Virus record (IMG/VR): IMGVR_UViG_3300020429_000529
Location: 1 to 64,000 of that record
Length of the DNA stretch: 64,000 nt
Reading direction: 5' to 3' (one strand)
From: a virus
Shown here: positions 27,884 through 37,275 of the stretch, piece by piece
Numbering within the stretch: the stretch's first letter is position 1
Layout of the letters: every line of letters starts with the position of its first letter
The notes under the pieces: model-generated
Told to the model about the DNA's origin: nothing
The model's database searches: none
Seen by the model: only the letters and a program-made list of their open reading frames with translations
Position numbers and translations under genes: made by a program

Positions 27884-27934
27884 AAGGGCGGCGGAGAGAG
27901 CCGCCAAATCGTCCCCTAACGGAGGCCGCTCAGC

Positions 27935-29887
27935 ATGAGCCGAATCGATGATCTCGTAAAGCAGCTTGAAGCGGCCTCAGCCGCCTACTACGGCAACGGC
28001 GATTCCTCGCTGACGGACGCCGAGTACGACGCCATGCGGGACGAGCTTGAGAATCTCGACCCGAACCATGCCTTTCTCTCTGTTGTCGGCGCGCCCGTCG
28101 ATGGCTCGGCCCTGACGAAGGTCCGCCATGAGATGCAGATGGGCTCGCTCAAGAAAATCACGCCCGATGAAGGCGAGAAGGCTTTCAATACCTGGCTCAA
28201 GAGCGTGTCCGGCAAGGCGGGCGACAAGCCCAAGATCGCTGTTCAGCCCAAAAAGGACGGCTCGTCCATCGCCATCGTCTACAAGGGCGGAAAGTTCGCG
28301 CAGGCGATTACTCGCGGCGACGGCATTGAGGGCGAGGATGTAACGCATACCGTTCGCAAGGCGCAGCAAGTCCCTATGGATCTTGGCGTTGACATCGACA
28401 TCCATGTCAGAGGCGAAGTCTTGCTTCATATCTCCGAATGGGAGAAGCATCTTTCCGCTGACACTAAGAATCCCCGCAATACTGCTGCGGGTCTTGTCCG
28501 TCGTAGCGATGCAACAAACGCAGAGCTTCTCCGCTTCTACGCTTTTGATGCGTTGATTCTCGACGGCGGCTCGGGCGATGATATCTTCGGCGATGACCTG
28601 TCGTTCTCGACTGTTGAAGAGCAGATCGGTTGGTTGTCTGCTCGGGGCTTTACTGCTGTTGAGACCCGAATCGTCGCCCACAACCGAGTTCCCGATGTTG
28701 TTCAGCAGATCCTCGACAACCGAGAGAACTTGGACTACGAGATCGACGGCGCGGTCATCAAGCTCAACGACATGGAGGCGCAAGAGGCGCTCGGCGAGCA
28801 TGGCGGGCGTCCGTACTGGGCTCGCGCATGGAAGTTCCCTTCGATGGGCGGTCGTAGCACGATCCTCGATGTCGAATGGTCGATCGGCACTCGCGGGAGA
28901 ATGTCTCCTGTCGCCAAGATTGCTCCTGTCGAAGTTGGCGGCGTAACGATTACCAGCGTTTCGCTTCACAACATGGACATTATTGAGGGGCTTGGCGTTC
29001 ATATTGGAGACGAGGTTGAGGTCATTCGGGCGAATGATGTCATCCCCAAGATCGTCCGAGTCCTCAAGCAAGGCAGCAGTCGTACTCCGATTACGATCGA
29101 TCGCTGTCCTCATACCGGCGCTACGGTCAAGCGGGACGGCCCTTTCCTTATCAAGACGGATTGGGAGACCTGTCCGCATGTCAACAAGCATGTCATCAGC
29201 CGCTACATCAGCAAGCGGAACATCATGTACCTTGGCGACTCTGCGCTCGACAAGCTTGTTTCCGCAGGCAAGGTCGGACGCATTCGAGACCTGTATTTCC
29301 TGACGATGCAGGACATGGTTGATTCTGGCGTCGGCGAAGGCATGGGGCGGAAGATCCTTGACGAGATCAAGAAGTCGATGCAGGTCTCGATTGCGGATCT
29401 CATCGGTTCGTTGTCGATTGATCTGCTCGGTCGTTCGCAGGCGCAGAACATCGTTGACGAGGGGATCGGTACGCTCTCTCAATGGCGAGACCTTGACGAG
29501 AAGCAGCTTGCGGCGCTCCCTCGCTTTGGGGCGACGAAGGCTTCTCGCATCATGGCGGGTCTGAGAGATCAATGGAGCGTCATCGAGGATCTTGCATCGT
29601 TCATGGAAGTCGAAGAAGGCTCGATGAAGCAGAAGAAGGCATCGGGCGGAGCCGCCAGCGGGAAGCTTGGGGGCAAGTCTTTCTGTTTTACGGGCACGAT
29701 GTCTCGTCCTCGCAAGGAACTCGAAGGGCTTGTTTCGACTAACGGAGGTTCGGTTGCGAGCGTTTCAGGTAGTCTCGATTACCTTGTCATCGCCGACCCG
29801 AGCAGCACTTCATCAAAGGCACAGAAGGCTCGCAAGCTGGGGATTGAGTTGATCTCTGAGCAGCAGTTCATGGGAATGGTCGGGTAA
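27935..29887 (+). CDS. ligA: NAD-dependent DNA ligase
   Basis: YY...TDAEYD, MGSL, PKKDG adenylation motif, TRGDG, RGEV, NPRN, EIDGAVIK, OB and HhH domains, C-terminal BRCT (FCFTG...SSKAQKARKLGI). Confidence 0.97.
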   Translation: MSRIDDLVKQLEAASAAYYGNGDSSLTDAEYDAMRDELENLDPNHAFLSVVGAPVDGSALTKVRHEMQMGSLKKITPDEGEKAFNTWLKSVSGKAGDKPKIAVQPKKDGSSIAIVYKGGKFAQAITRGDGIEGEDVTHTVRKAQQVPMDLGVDIDIHVRGEVLLHISEWEKHLSADTKNPRNTAAGLVRRSDATNAELLRFYAFDALILDGGSGDDIFGDDLSFSTVEEQIGWLSARGFTAVETRIVAHNRVPDVVQQILDNRENLDYEIDGAVIKLNDMEAQEALGEHGGRPYWARAWKFPSMGGRSTILDVEWSIGTRGRMSPVAKIAPVEVGGVTITSVSLHNMDIIEGLGVHIGDEVEVIRANDVIPKIVRVLKQGSSRTPITIDRCPHTGATVKRDGPFLIKTDWETCPHVNKHVISRYISKRNIMYLGDSALDKLVSAGKVGRIRDLYFLTMQDMVDSGVGEGMGRKILDEIKKSMQVSIADLIGSLSIDLLGRSQAQNIVDEGIGTLSQWRDLDEKQLAALPRFGATKASRIMAGLRDQWSVIEDLASFMEVEEGSMKQKKASGGAASGKLGGKSFCFTGTMSRPRKELEGLVSTNGGSVASVSGSLDYLVIADPSSTSSKAQKARKLGIELISEQQFMGMVG

Positions 29888-29891
29888 TACA

Positions 29892-30113
29892 ATGAGCGAT
29901 ATTCAGATCGAACTTATCAAGGGAGTCGAGGGAGATAGTCTCTCTTTGGTGCAGGGAGAGGGCTGCGGTTTTCGCATTGCTGGTCCTAAGCCATGGGGAG
30001 GAGGCAGGATCCTGCAGACCTTCACGATCAGCGCAAGCGATGAACGATCTCTCGACGCCTTGCAGGAGGCGATCGACAAGGCAAGAGGGAAGAAGGCAAG
30101 AGGCAAAAAGTGA
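29892..30113 (+). CDS. small conserved phage protein
   Basis: RIAGPKPWGGG motif. Confidence 0.65.
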   Translation: MSDIQIELIKGVEGDSLSLVQGEGCGFRIAGPKPWGGGRILQTFTISASDERSLDALQEAIDKARGKKARGKK

Positions 30114-30682
30114 CCAGCCCATCAAGACAGAAAAGAAATCGCGCACGCTCGGCTGCTCGTCGAGACGCCATTCGTAGGAGGCCCAAAATGCCCGTCGCAA
30201 CCGATCCCGTACTGACCTGCGCTACCGCTGACACGGTGGCGAAGCAAGCGAAGCTGTTTGCTCAGCTTGTTCGCAACGAAGTCGCCCCAAGCAGAGATCC
30301 TGGTACTTGCGTACTGTTGCAAGAACTGCGACGGATCATTTCCAGCGAGCATGGGACCGAAGGCGGACCCTTTGCCGAATACATGGATACGATTCGCAGC
30401 AAGTCTCTGAGCGATTTGCAGTTTCTCGCGCAGGAGTTGGAATCGCTACCCGTCAACTGGGATGGCATTGAGCGATACCGACCGATGTATTTCGTCCTCG
30501 ACAAGCGAGAGGGCTGCTGGATCCCTTGCTACAACGCCGAGGACAACAGGGATACAAACGGATGGATCACGGGCGGCGTTCGCTACGAGGGCGGTTCAGC
30601 GGCGAATCTGCCTGCTGAACTCGGATGTTGGGCGGATTGCGATGCGGACGACAATCCCTCGATGCCGTTCGTCGAGTGGTAG
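30110..30682 (+). CDS. hypothetical protein
   Basis: GTGA coupling; start could be 30188. Confidence 0.6.
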   Translation: MTSPSRQKRNRARSAARRDAIRRRPKMPVATDPVLTCATADTVAKQAKLFAQLVRNEVAPSRDPGTCVLLQELRRIISSEHGTEGGPFAEYMDTIRSKSLSDLQFLAQELESLPVNWDGIERYRPMYFVLDKREGCWIPCYNAEDNRDTNGWITGGVRYEGGSAANLPAELGCWADCDADDNPSMPFVEW

Positions 30683-30715
30683 CAGGTGATTGCGACATAG
30701 GGTACAATCGATCTC

Positions 30716-31105
30716 ATGATAAAAGGCAGAGAAGACCTGATAAAGGGCGAGTTCGAGACGATCGTTGATCGAGTCAGATCATCGCTGAGCAGAGAGTGGA
30801 TGTCGAGAGACAACCTTCTCATCGTCACGGAGCTTGACGGATTCCGATTGAACATCGGTCTCAAGCATCTGGTTGACAATGGCGTAGCCGAGGCTCAGAA
30901 GTCTGTCGCGAAGAGCGCAAGAGGGCGACTGACGAAGGGTTGGAGGTTGAAGAACGATGCCATTTCCGAATCTGACATGGACCTGTCACCATTGCGGACA
31001 GACGAGGCCCGATGCGTCGATCAGCGTGCAGAAGGTGGATACATCGAAGAGGTACAACCTGCCAGCAGGGACCATGCAGCAGAATATGCGTTACTGCAAC
31101 GATAG
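30716..31105 (+). CDS. possible winged-helix protein
   Basis: MSRDNLLIVTEL..RLNIGLKHLVDNGV...GR..KGWRL. Confidence 0.5.
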   Translation: MIKGREDLIKGEFETIVDRVRSSLSREWMSRDNLLIVTELDGFRLNIGLKHLVDNGVAEAQKSVAKSARGRLTKGWRLKNDAISESDMDLSPLRTDEARCVDQRAEGGYIEEVQPASRDHAAEYALLQR

Positions 31106-31196
31106 GCAGGAGTGTATCGACGCTGCCAGGAACTTCGATGGTTTTGATGCAGGAGAAACCGATGATCGAAGAACAGATCAAACCATGGCTCAATGA
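30957..31196 (+). CDS. small Cys-rich (zinc-binding) phage protein
   Basis: GGAGG RBS; WTCHHCG..RPD..ISV...RYCNDR..C. Confidence 0.65.
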   Translation: MPFPNLTWTCHHCGQTRPDASISVQKVDTSKRYNLPAGTMQQNMRYCNDRQECIDAARNFDGFDAGETDDRRTDQTMAQ

Positions 31197-31479
31197 ACCT
31201 GTTTTGATTCGAATCGATCAGAGCAAGATCGGCGAATACGCTGTTCCTGCTGCCGAGCAGATCAGCGGCATTCCTCTTCGCATCCGAGACGGCAAGCTGG
31301 TCTTGGACAGATGCGTTCAGGCAGAGCATCGGGACAGCGGCGAGTTTCTCGGCATCCATTGGGAGCCTATAGAGGTTCTTCTTGACTGCATTGAGGCCTT
31401 TGAACCTGCCGATGGTAGAATCATAACCATCAAGGTCAGGGACGAGGTTGATATTGTCAGGTACTTCCAAACCAATTAG
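31162..31479 (+). CDS. hypothetical protein
   Basis: AGGAG RBS, MIEEQIKPWLNE... Confidence 0.6.
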   Translation: MIEEQIKPWLNEPVLIRIDQSKIGEYAVPAAEQISGIPLRIRDGKLVLDRCVQAEHRDSGEFLGIHWEPIEVLLDCIEAFEPADGRIITIKVRDEVDIVRYFQTN

Positions 31480-31669
31480 CGTTCGATCGCTTGATGATGT
31501 CAGGCGGTACGCTTATGATCTCACGGGAGATCAAGAGCAGATCGAACAATGGATCGATCGTCCGCTCAAGATCTTTGAGGACCGAACGGTTCGACAGATG
31601 GTCGAGCAGGAGGAGTGGGACCGTCTTGAGGCGATGTTCCACCGTCTGCTGACTGGCGAGCCGTATTAG
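31448..31669 (+). CDS. Xre/MbcA/ParS antitoxin toxin-binding-domain-like protein
   Basis: GDQEQIEQWIDRPLKIFEDRTVRQMV...RLEAMFHRL..G pattern. Confidence 0.55.
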   Translation: MILSGTSKPISVRSLDDVRRYAYDLTGDQEQIEQWIDRPLKIFEDRTVRQMVEQEEWDRLEAMFHRLLTGEPY

Positions 31670-32436
31670 TCGTCTGCAAACATACCTGAAAAATGATCTC
31701 GTAGTTGAAGCGTGCGATCGACGAACTCTTCGTCTCGAACGCCGCCGTCGTAGAGACTTCTACGGGTGTCGTCTGTCATCCATGCCGCGAAAAACTGCCT
31801 CGCATCAAAAGAGAGTTCGATCGGGTCGATGAGGCGATTGTTGAGCGCCGTAAAGAGAACCTTCTCGATACCCCAGAAGTGATAGACCTCGATCTCGTTC
31901 TGTCCGCAAAGCAGTTCGACATCATCGAGGACTTCATCGGGCAGCATGTCTTGATAGACATCGACGTAGGCGTAGTCGAAGGTTTCGCCTTTCATAGTCT
32001 CTCTGATGTTACCCTCAACGAAGACTACTTTGTCAAACCCGTTTCTATCCGAGAAGTTGGTTCGGAAGAAATCGATGATGCGAGGTTCGATTTCGTACAC
32101 AACGATTTCGTCAACATCATCTTCTTCCATCATTCGAAGAACGACGTACCCGAGACCGAGCCCGCCGACTGCCACCCGACCGTGTGCCTGCATGTAGGGG
32201 ATGCAGTTCGATTGAACTTCCATGAATGAGAGGCTCATCCAGAGTCCGCCGTCGATGTAGAGGATCGGCATGGCGGGCGATTCGGATCGGAACTGGCTGT
32301 TTAGGTAATCGTCGCAGCGGCCTTGTATGACCTTGCTGACGACTTTGACGCCCTTGCCGTCGTCGTACTCGCTGAGGCCGTAGAAAGCGACCTCAGCGGC
32401 CATGTATTCGTCTGTGAATGGGTCGAAGAGCAGCAT
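31666..32436 (-). CDS. SAM-dependent methyltransferase (spermidine-synthase-like fold)
   Basis: WMS...E, GRVAVGGLGLG, IVVYEIE, FDYAYVDVY. Confidence 0.8.
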   Translation of the reverse strand: MLLFDPFTDEYMAAEVAFYGLSEYDDGKGVKVVSKVIQGRCDDYLNSQFRSESPAMPILYIDGGLWMSLSFMEVQSNCIPYMQAHGRVAVGGLGLGYVVLRMMEEDDVDEIVVYEIEPRIIDFFRTNFSDRNGFDKVVFVEGNIRETMKGETFDYAYVDVYQDMLPDEVLDDVELLCGQNEIEVYHFWGIEKVLFTALNNRLIDPIELSFDARQFFAAWMTDDTRRSLYDGGVRDEEFVDRTLQLRDHFSGMFADD

Positions 32437-32707
32437 GGCTTTAGTTTACCTCTTTTCTCTGCCAGATCGTTTCACCAGTCAGTGTCAATCTCGCTTTTTC
32501 TGCCACTGACGGATTTGACAGGAAACGGCGAATCGCATTTCAAATCCAGCAAAAACAGCAGGAAAATAGCTATAGAACGCCGTACCTGAAGATGCAAGAA
32601 ATGTGGAAGACTGTCTCTGGTGAGTTCGTTCGTCGATACAATCAGAAGAGTTGTAAGAAATCTCACAAAAGGAGAATGGTTTGTCACATAGTATGAAATG
32701 GAATAAA

Positions 32708-33028
32708 GCGATGCTTTGACATCAATGGTTTTTCACTTAGAGTATTGACGTAGTTGGTCGTTCGTCGCACACTCACTGATGAAGGCAAGACCAAAGAGCA
32801 AACAGCGAAAGCTTAGGAGTGAGGAAGGGCCAAGCAAATGCTTTGTTTGGCTTGCGATTCAAAAGAGCAATAATGACACTTGAATCGGCGTCTGATTAAG
32901 GCATAACTCATTTGCAGCCTTTTCGAGACGTTTTCGAGTCTCCCAAGTCAGCGAGTGGTCCGCAGGGTAGAAAGCGGCGCAAATAGGCAATGTAGGCGAG
33001 GGCCTTACCCATGTAGAAGAAACGTCGC
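32708..33028 (+). ncRNA. candidate ~320-nt structured ncRNA with paired 5'/3' ends
   Basis: GCGATG(C)TTT 32708-17 pairs with AAACGTCGC 33020-28. At least six internal helices; immediately followed by a perfect terminator hairpin. Confidence 0.55.
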
Positions 33029-33040
33029 AATGTAAACAGT

Positions 33041-33078
33041 GAAACAGCCCTGTTCTGAGCAGAGAACAGGGCTGTTTC
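33041..33078. terminator. bidirectional terminator hairpin
   Basis: GAAACAGCCCTGTTCT-gagcag-AGAACAGGGCTGTTTC, a perfect 16-bp stem. Confidence 0.85.
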
Positions 33079-33101
33079 TATTCAACGATACGATCTGGTG
33101 G

Positions 33102-33428
33102 TTAGATGTTGATAGGAGAGACAGACGTAACCTTACCAGATTCTTCGTCGAACTCCACGATGGCAAGCTTCTTGTTCTGAACTTCCGCATCGCGAGCATG
33201 TGTAAGCAGGAAGATACCTCTCGAAAGTACGCTTGGAATCGGAGCCTCAAAGTAACGAGACAGATTCTCCATCAGAGCCATCTGTTTTTCGTGACAATGT
33301 AGGACAATGGTCGTTCCAGACGACTGAGAGTCTTGCGTATTGTGGGGTTGTGCCTCTGGTTCCACCCGTCTTGGGACAGGAACAGGAGATGCAAAGGCTG
33401 ACTGAAGCATGCTCCAAAACTTACTCAA
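33102..33428 (-). CDS. ribbon-helix-helix (CopG-like) regulator
   Basis: AAGGAGG RBS with TTG start; IVLHC...LMENLSRYF...SVLSRGIFLL..ARDAE..NKKLAI. Confidence 0.6.
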   Translation of the reverse strand: MSKFWSMLQSAFASPVPVPRRVEPEAQPHNTQDSQSSGTTIVLHCHEKQMALMENLSRYFEAPIPSVLSRGIFLLTHARDAEVQNKKLAIVEFDEESGKVTSVSPINI

Positions 33429-33472
33429 AGGAGACCTCCTTGCGGGTTTCGAGGCAAGTTGCAATGATCTCT

Positions 33473-33500
33473 ATTTCGCATTCTTGCGTATATGTCCTTG
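33473..33500 (-). promoter_or_regulatory. putative phage promoter
   Basis: CAAGGA-N16-CGAAAT on the minus strand. Confidence 0.45.
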
Positions 33501-33617
33501 CCGCTAATTTGCACATCGTCCAAGAAAGCGCAAATACTTTGCTGCGTGACTTGCTCAAGATGTGGTAATCAGACGATCGATATGACCGTATCTGAGGTAC
33601 ATATCGGAGTGACAAGC

Positions 33618-34007
33618 ATGATGACCCAAGACCAACACGAGGAAACGTCCGCAGAGTTTCTTGTAAGCTTTGTCAACAATCGTCGTGAGGACATTCTTTG
33701 TGGCCGTCTTGATGGCGAAGATCCGCATCCAGAACTGATAACTCACATCTGGAACATGGCCTGGTGCTTTTTTGATAATGCGCTGACGGAAATGGACATC
33801 AAGCGGCCTCCCAATACCGCAGCATTCTGCGATGTCCTGGATTACGCAGATATGGTCATTCTTGAGAAGATGGCTGAGATGCGACCCGATCTGTTGAACA
33901 AGGACTGGCAGGGTCGATGGGAGATCGCAGGCACTTACGGTAATGACGAACCTGAATGGGGCTCTGCAGAGTGGTCTCCCGACGATGACGAGCATTTTGC
34001 CGTCTGA
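33618..34007 (+). CDS. acidic hypothetical protein
   Basis: GGAG RBS, MMTQDQHEE... Confidence 0.65.
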   Translation: MMTQDQHEETSAEFLVSFVNNRREDILCGRLDGEDPHPELITHIWNMAWCFFDNALTEMDIKRPPNTAAFCDVLDYADMVILEKMAEMRPDLLNKDWQGRWEIAGTYGNDEPEWGSAEWSPDDDEHFAV

Positions 34008-34010
34008 AAC

Positions 34011-34038
34011 GAAGGGAAACTTTGCAAATAGTCGAAGT
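34011..34038 (+). promoter_or_regulatory. putative phage (late) promoter
   Basis: GAAGGG-N16-CGAAGT upstream of NWY gene 34068. Confidence 0.5.
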
Positions 34039-34067
34039 TCATAGTGCGACCCTATGGAGATTGCAAT

Positions 34068-34346
34068 ATGAACTGGTACTCAAATCTTAGAAAGACCGCT
34101 CAGTTTGGCGGCGAAGAAGTCGTCGATGATGGTATCTCTATTGATTCGCGTCCTCGTCGATATCGGGGATCGATCATCTTTGAGGTACGAGTTCCTGACG
34201 GCCAAGACCAATCGATCAACAACGAAAGAGCCAGAGAAGCCGCTGAGGATCTGTTGAGCAGACTTCAGGGTCATGTGGGCGACGAGGTTCTGTTTGTTGA
34301 TGAAAACTCGCTGACGGACATCAGCGGTCCCGGTCTGCCTGGCTAA
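34068..34346 (+). CDS. small protein with NWY leader
   Basis: MNWYSNLRKTAQF; GGAG RBS. Confidence 0.75.
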   Translation: MNWYSNLRKTAQFGGEEVVDDGISIDSRPRRYRGSIIFEVRVPDGQDQSINNERAREAAEDLLSRLQGHVGDEVLFVDENSLTDISGPGLPG

Positions 34347-35044
34347 CGATTCAGAACAATCGTAGCCTCTTCATCAGTTCGGATAACCTGCGCCTTGGGG
34401 TCGCATTCCTTGGCGAATGTCCAAATGCTTTGATCTGAGAACTCGTGAGCCCTGGCGAAGAACTCGTCATTGGGATTGTTGTTGATTGGGACGATTGCAA
34501 TGATTCGTCCTCCTTCATTGAGTCTTTGATAGCATTCGAGTACGAACCCGTATGGGCAGAAAACGTATTCGAGAGTTTCATATAGAACGATGTTGTCGAA
34601 CCGATGGTTTTTGGGATACTTCTGAAGCGTAGTGCGTTTGAAGTAGGGCTTTTCTTCCCAATATGCTTCGTAGACCATATCGTTGTCAATGCCGTAGGCT
34701 TCGACGCCGTTCTCTCGAAGCTTCTCTACCGACTTGCCGCTTTCGCAGTTGACATCGAGTACCGTTTTGCCGGTTAGATGAGGAGTAGCAAGCTCGATCC
34801 GATGATTGCAACGGATGGTTTCTTCTTGGAAATGAATGCCGGTAAGAGCGTCTTGGAGTCGAAGGTTCTTGAGCTTGTAGAGCTTGTTGTCGTATCTCTT
34901 GCGGATATCTTGTAGACCTCTCTGGTCTGCGGCGCTAAAGATATGACCGCACTTCTGACAGACGAAGTACGAGTAGAAGTGCATGCCGATGTCGAATGTG
35001 TTTTTGTGTCCGCAGATGAAGCACGGAGAAGTGTCGGTTTTCAT
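34343..35044 (-). CDS. Zn-ribbon plus class I SAM methyltransferase
   Basis: CFICG...CQKCG; TVLDVNCESG, AYGID, FDNIVLYETLEYV..P, LNEGGRII..VP. Confidence 0.8.
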   Translation of the reverse strand: MKTDTSPCFICGHKNTFDIGMHFYSYFVCQKCGHIFSAADQRGLQDIRKRYDNKLYKLKNLRLQDALTGIHFQEETIRCNHRIELATPHLTGKTVLDVNCESGKSVEKLRENGVEAYGIDNDMVYEAYWEEKPYFKRTTLQKYPKNHRFDNIVLYETLEYVFCPYGFVLECYQRLNEGGRIIAIVPINNNPNDEFFARAHEFSDQSIWTFAKECDPKAQVIRTDEEATIVLNR

Positions 35045-35058
35045 ACTGGTTGTATCGG

Positions 35059-35670
35059 CTACGAGAGACGGATAGCTTGATCGATGATGTCGTCAAGAAT
35101 GGTCTCTGAAGCGTACCAACCGACAGGTCCGCCAGTAATGAAATCCTGAACGTATTCGTTGTAGGCGTTTCGCCATTTGCTTCGGTCATCATTTGATGCG
35201 CGGCAAAGTCTTTTGCGAGTAAGGCCCGTTGCTTCTTTGGCATGAGCTTCCGCTTCTTTGCGCAGGTCAGCCCATTCGGAGACGGTTTCGGTAATCGGTC
35301 CCCAGTGCAGAAGCCGTTCATCTTGGGAAATGGCCCATTGATCGATATTGAACTGGCTGAACTTGAGGTATTTCTTGGTGAAGGAGACCGCTCGCGGGTT
35401 GAACCCCTCGTCTTCAAGCTCGTTGGAAGGGATCTCAAACGCTCCGAACGGCGTTTTATCGATCGCGAGAAGGTCGCCCGAGTTGAAGTTGCACCTGACC
35501 AGAAGGTCAACGTCTTTGATGTTGAACTTAGGATTGGATATGTTCTCAGCGAACGATCCCCAGACGTAAACGCCTTCTACGTCTGGCAGCGCAGCGATTT
35601 CCGCCGCTGCTTGGCGGATGTATTCGTCGGCGTCCCCGACAGTCGGCATGGCTCTTTCGTACCAGCGCAT
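35059..35670 (-). CDS. Pol-beta-type nucleotidyltransferase with WY leader
   Basis: Starts MRWYERAMP; VYVWGSFA...KDVDLLV. Confidence 0.75.
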   Translation of the reverse strand: MRWYERAMPTVGDADEYIRQAAAEIAALPDVEGVYVWGSFAENISNPKFNIKDVDLLVRCNFNSGDLLAIDKTPFGAFEIPSNELEDEGFNPRAVSFTKKYLKFSQFNIDQWAISQDERLLHWGPITETVSEWADLRKEAEAHAKEATGLTRKRLCRASNDDRSKWRNAYNEYVQDFITGGPVGWYASETILDDIIDQAIRLS

Positions 35671-35679
35671 GAATCAGAG

Positions 35680-35706
35680 TATGCGAAAATCGCAGTCTCT
35701 TCCTTC
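35680..35706 (-). promoter_or_regulatory. putative phage (late) promoter
   Basis: GAAGGA-N15-CGCATA, 9 nt before ATG, no RBS. Confidence 0.5.
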
Positions 35707-35810
35707 TTTCGTCACCGGATCGTTTTCTTCTGCACTCGTTTGAGGCGTAGCAAGTGCAGCGATTTTGCGGTAGAATGGTTCTGCTGTTCGAAGACAGGAT
35801 GATCTTGAGC

Positions 35811-36290
35811 ATGGAAACGAACGATCGAAAACAAGAATACCTGATTACGCTTGCCGAGGAGATTTCCAACGGCATTATGCGAGCGGAACAAGTCATTTGG
35901 TCGCTTCTGTCTGTCAAGGCGGAGCTATTCTCGGGGCACATGGAAACGTTCGTCCCGATACCGGATTCGTTCAAGCGAGCATTCGATCAAGTCATCAGGG
36001 ACAACAAAATCGCCAAACGAAGACTTGAAGTTTTCCTGCGGCAAGTCGAATACGCTGACGCCAGCGATATGAACGAGACGGAGTTTGACCTCATCAAGCT
36101 GCAGAGCCTTGAGGTGGGGCACCTGCTCCGTTTGGGCGCAGAGAACGCCGCTGAGCTTCAACCGATGGTCGGGCAGATCAGAAGAAGCTACGAGGCCGCT
36201 TGCAGTGGACCTCTGGGACTGGGAAGCGATTGGGTCGATACACCCTTGGAAGACGATTCTGAGGATGACCCATGGCAGCAACCAACGTAG
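35811..36290 (+). CDS. helical hypothetical protein
   Basis: ORF directly upstream of thyX; start uncertain. Confidence 0.6.
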   Translation: METNDRKQEYLITLAEEISNGIMRAEQVIWSLLSVKAELFSGHMETFVPIPDSFKRAFDQVIRDNKIAKRRLEVFLRQVEYADASDMNETEFDLIKLQSLEVGHLLRLGAENAAELQPMVGQIRRSYEAACSGPLGLGSDWVDTPLEDDSEDDPWQQPT

Positions 36291-37267
36291 CAGAACGCAG
36301 ACAAACTGATTATCCCGAACCTGCGAAGGCGCATGACGCCTTCAGTGTTTACAAGATACACGATCACGGGTTTGTTCGTCTTGTAGACGCAATGCCTTCG
36401 CCTACTGATGCAGAGGCTCCAACCGCTGATGCTGCGATTGTTCAAGCGGCGCGGGTTTCATACGGATCGGGCACTAAAACCGTTCGAGAAGACGCCGGTC
36501 TGATCGACTATCTCATGCGTCACCGGCACACGACGCCGTTTGAGATGGTTGAGTTGAAGTTCCATGCTCGTATGCCCATGTTTGTCGCAAGACAATGGAT
36601 ACGACATCGTACCGCGAACGTCAATGAGTATTCAGCCAGGTATTCTGTAGTCAAAGACTGTTACTATGTTCCTGACGTAGATATCTGTCAGGGACAGAGC
36701 AACACGAACAAACAAGGCAGCGAAGGACAGATAGCTTCTCCCGAAGTTGCTCGTCGTCTTATCATGGAAATGTCTGATGAGGCATTTCATCGTTACTGTA
36801 TCCTGTTGCAGCAGAAGGATTACGAGACAACGGACAAGCGATTTGGAGACGACCTGGCTCATATGGGGTTGTCAAGAGAGCTTGCTCGCATGGTTCTGCC
36901 GCTCAACTACTACACAGAATGGTATTGGAAAGTTGACCTGCACAATCTGTTTCACTTTTTGAGTTTGCGAGCGGATAGCCATGCTCAGTATGAAATCCGA
37001 GCATATGCAGACGCCATGCTTGAGATTACAGAGAAAATCGCCCCCGCAGCGACCGCTTCGTTCAGAAATCACAGAATGAACGGTATGCATCTTTCAGGAG
37101 ATGAAGTAGATTTCCTGAAGAGTTTTGTTGATGTTCTGCAGCCTGACAACGAGTCGTCTTCAGGGTTGTCAAATCTTCTTGACCAGGCAGAAATGTCGAA
37201 GGGAAGGAAGAGGGAGTTGGTCTCGAAGCTTCGAAGGATAGTAGGAGACTTCGATTACCAACCGTAA
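36272..37267 (+). CDS. thyX: FAD-dependent thymidylate synthase
   Basis: AARVSY, HTTPFE, RQWIRHRTANVNEYSARY, RELARMVLP, HAQYEIR. Confidence 0.97.
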   Translation: MAATNVAERRQTDYPEPAKAHDAFSVYKIHDHGFVRLVDAMPSPTDAEAPTADAAIVQAARVSYGSGTKTVREDAGLIDYLMRHRHTTPFEMVELKFHARMPMFVARQWIRHRTANVNEYSARYSVVKDCYYVPDVDICQGQSNTNKQGSEGQIASPEVARRLIMEMSDEAFHRYCILLQQKDYETTDKRFGDDLAHMGLSRELARMVLPLNYYTEWYWKVDLHNLFHFLSLRADSHAQYEIRAYADAMLEITEKIAPAATASFRNHRMNGMHLSGDEVDFLKSFVDVLQPDNESSSGLSNLLDQAEMSKGRKRELVSKLRRIVGDFDYQP

Positions 37268-37275
37268 AGGGCAGT

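Noticed and set aside
27977-29572. 531-aa minus-strand ORF
   Set aside because: Antisense shadow of ligA caused by codon bias. The same applies to 7378-8556, 48370-49782, 55669-56691 and similar ORFs.
32770-32822. Hammerhead ribozyme (CTGATGA...GAAA)
   Set aside because: The GAAA is the loop of an AGC-GAAA-GCT hairpin; stems II and III and the NUH site cannot be built.
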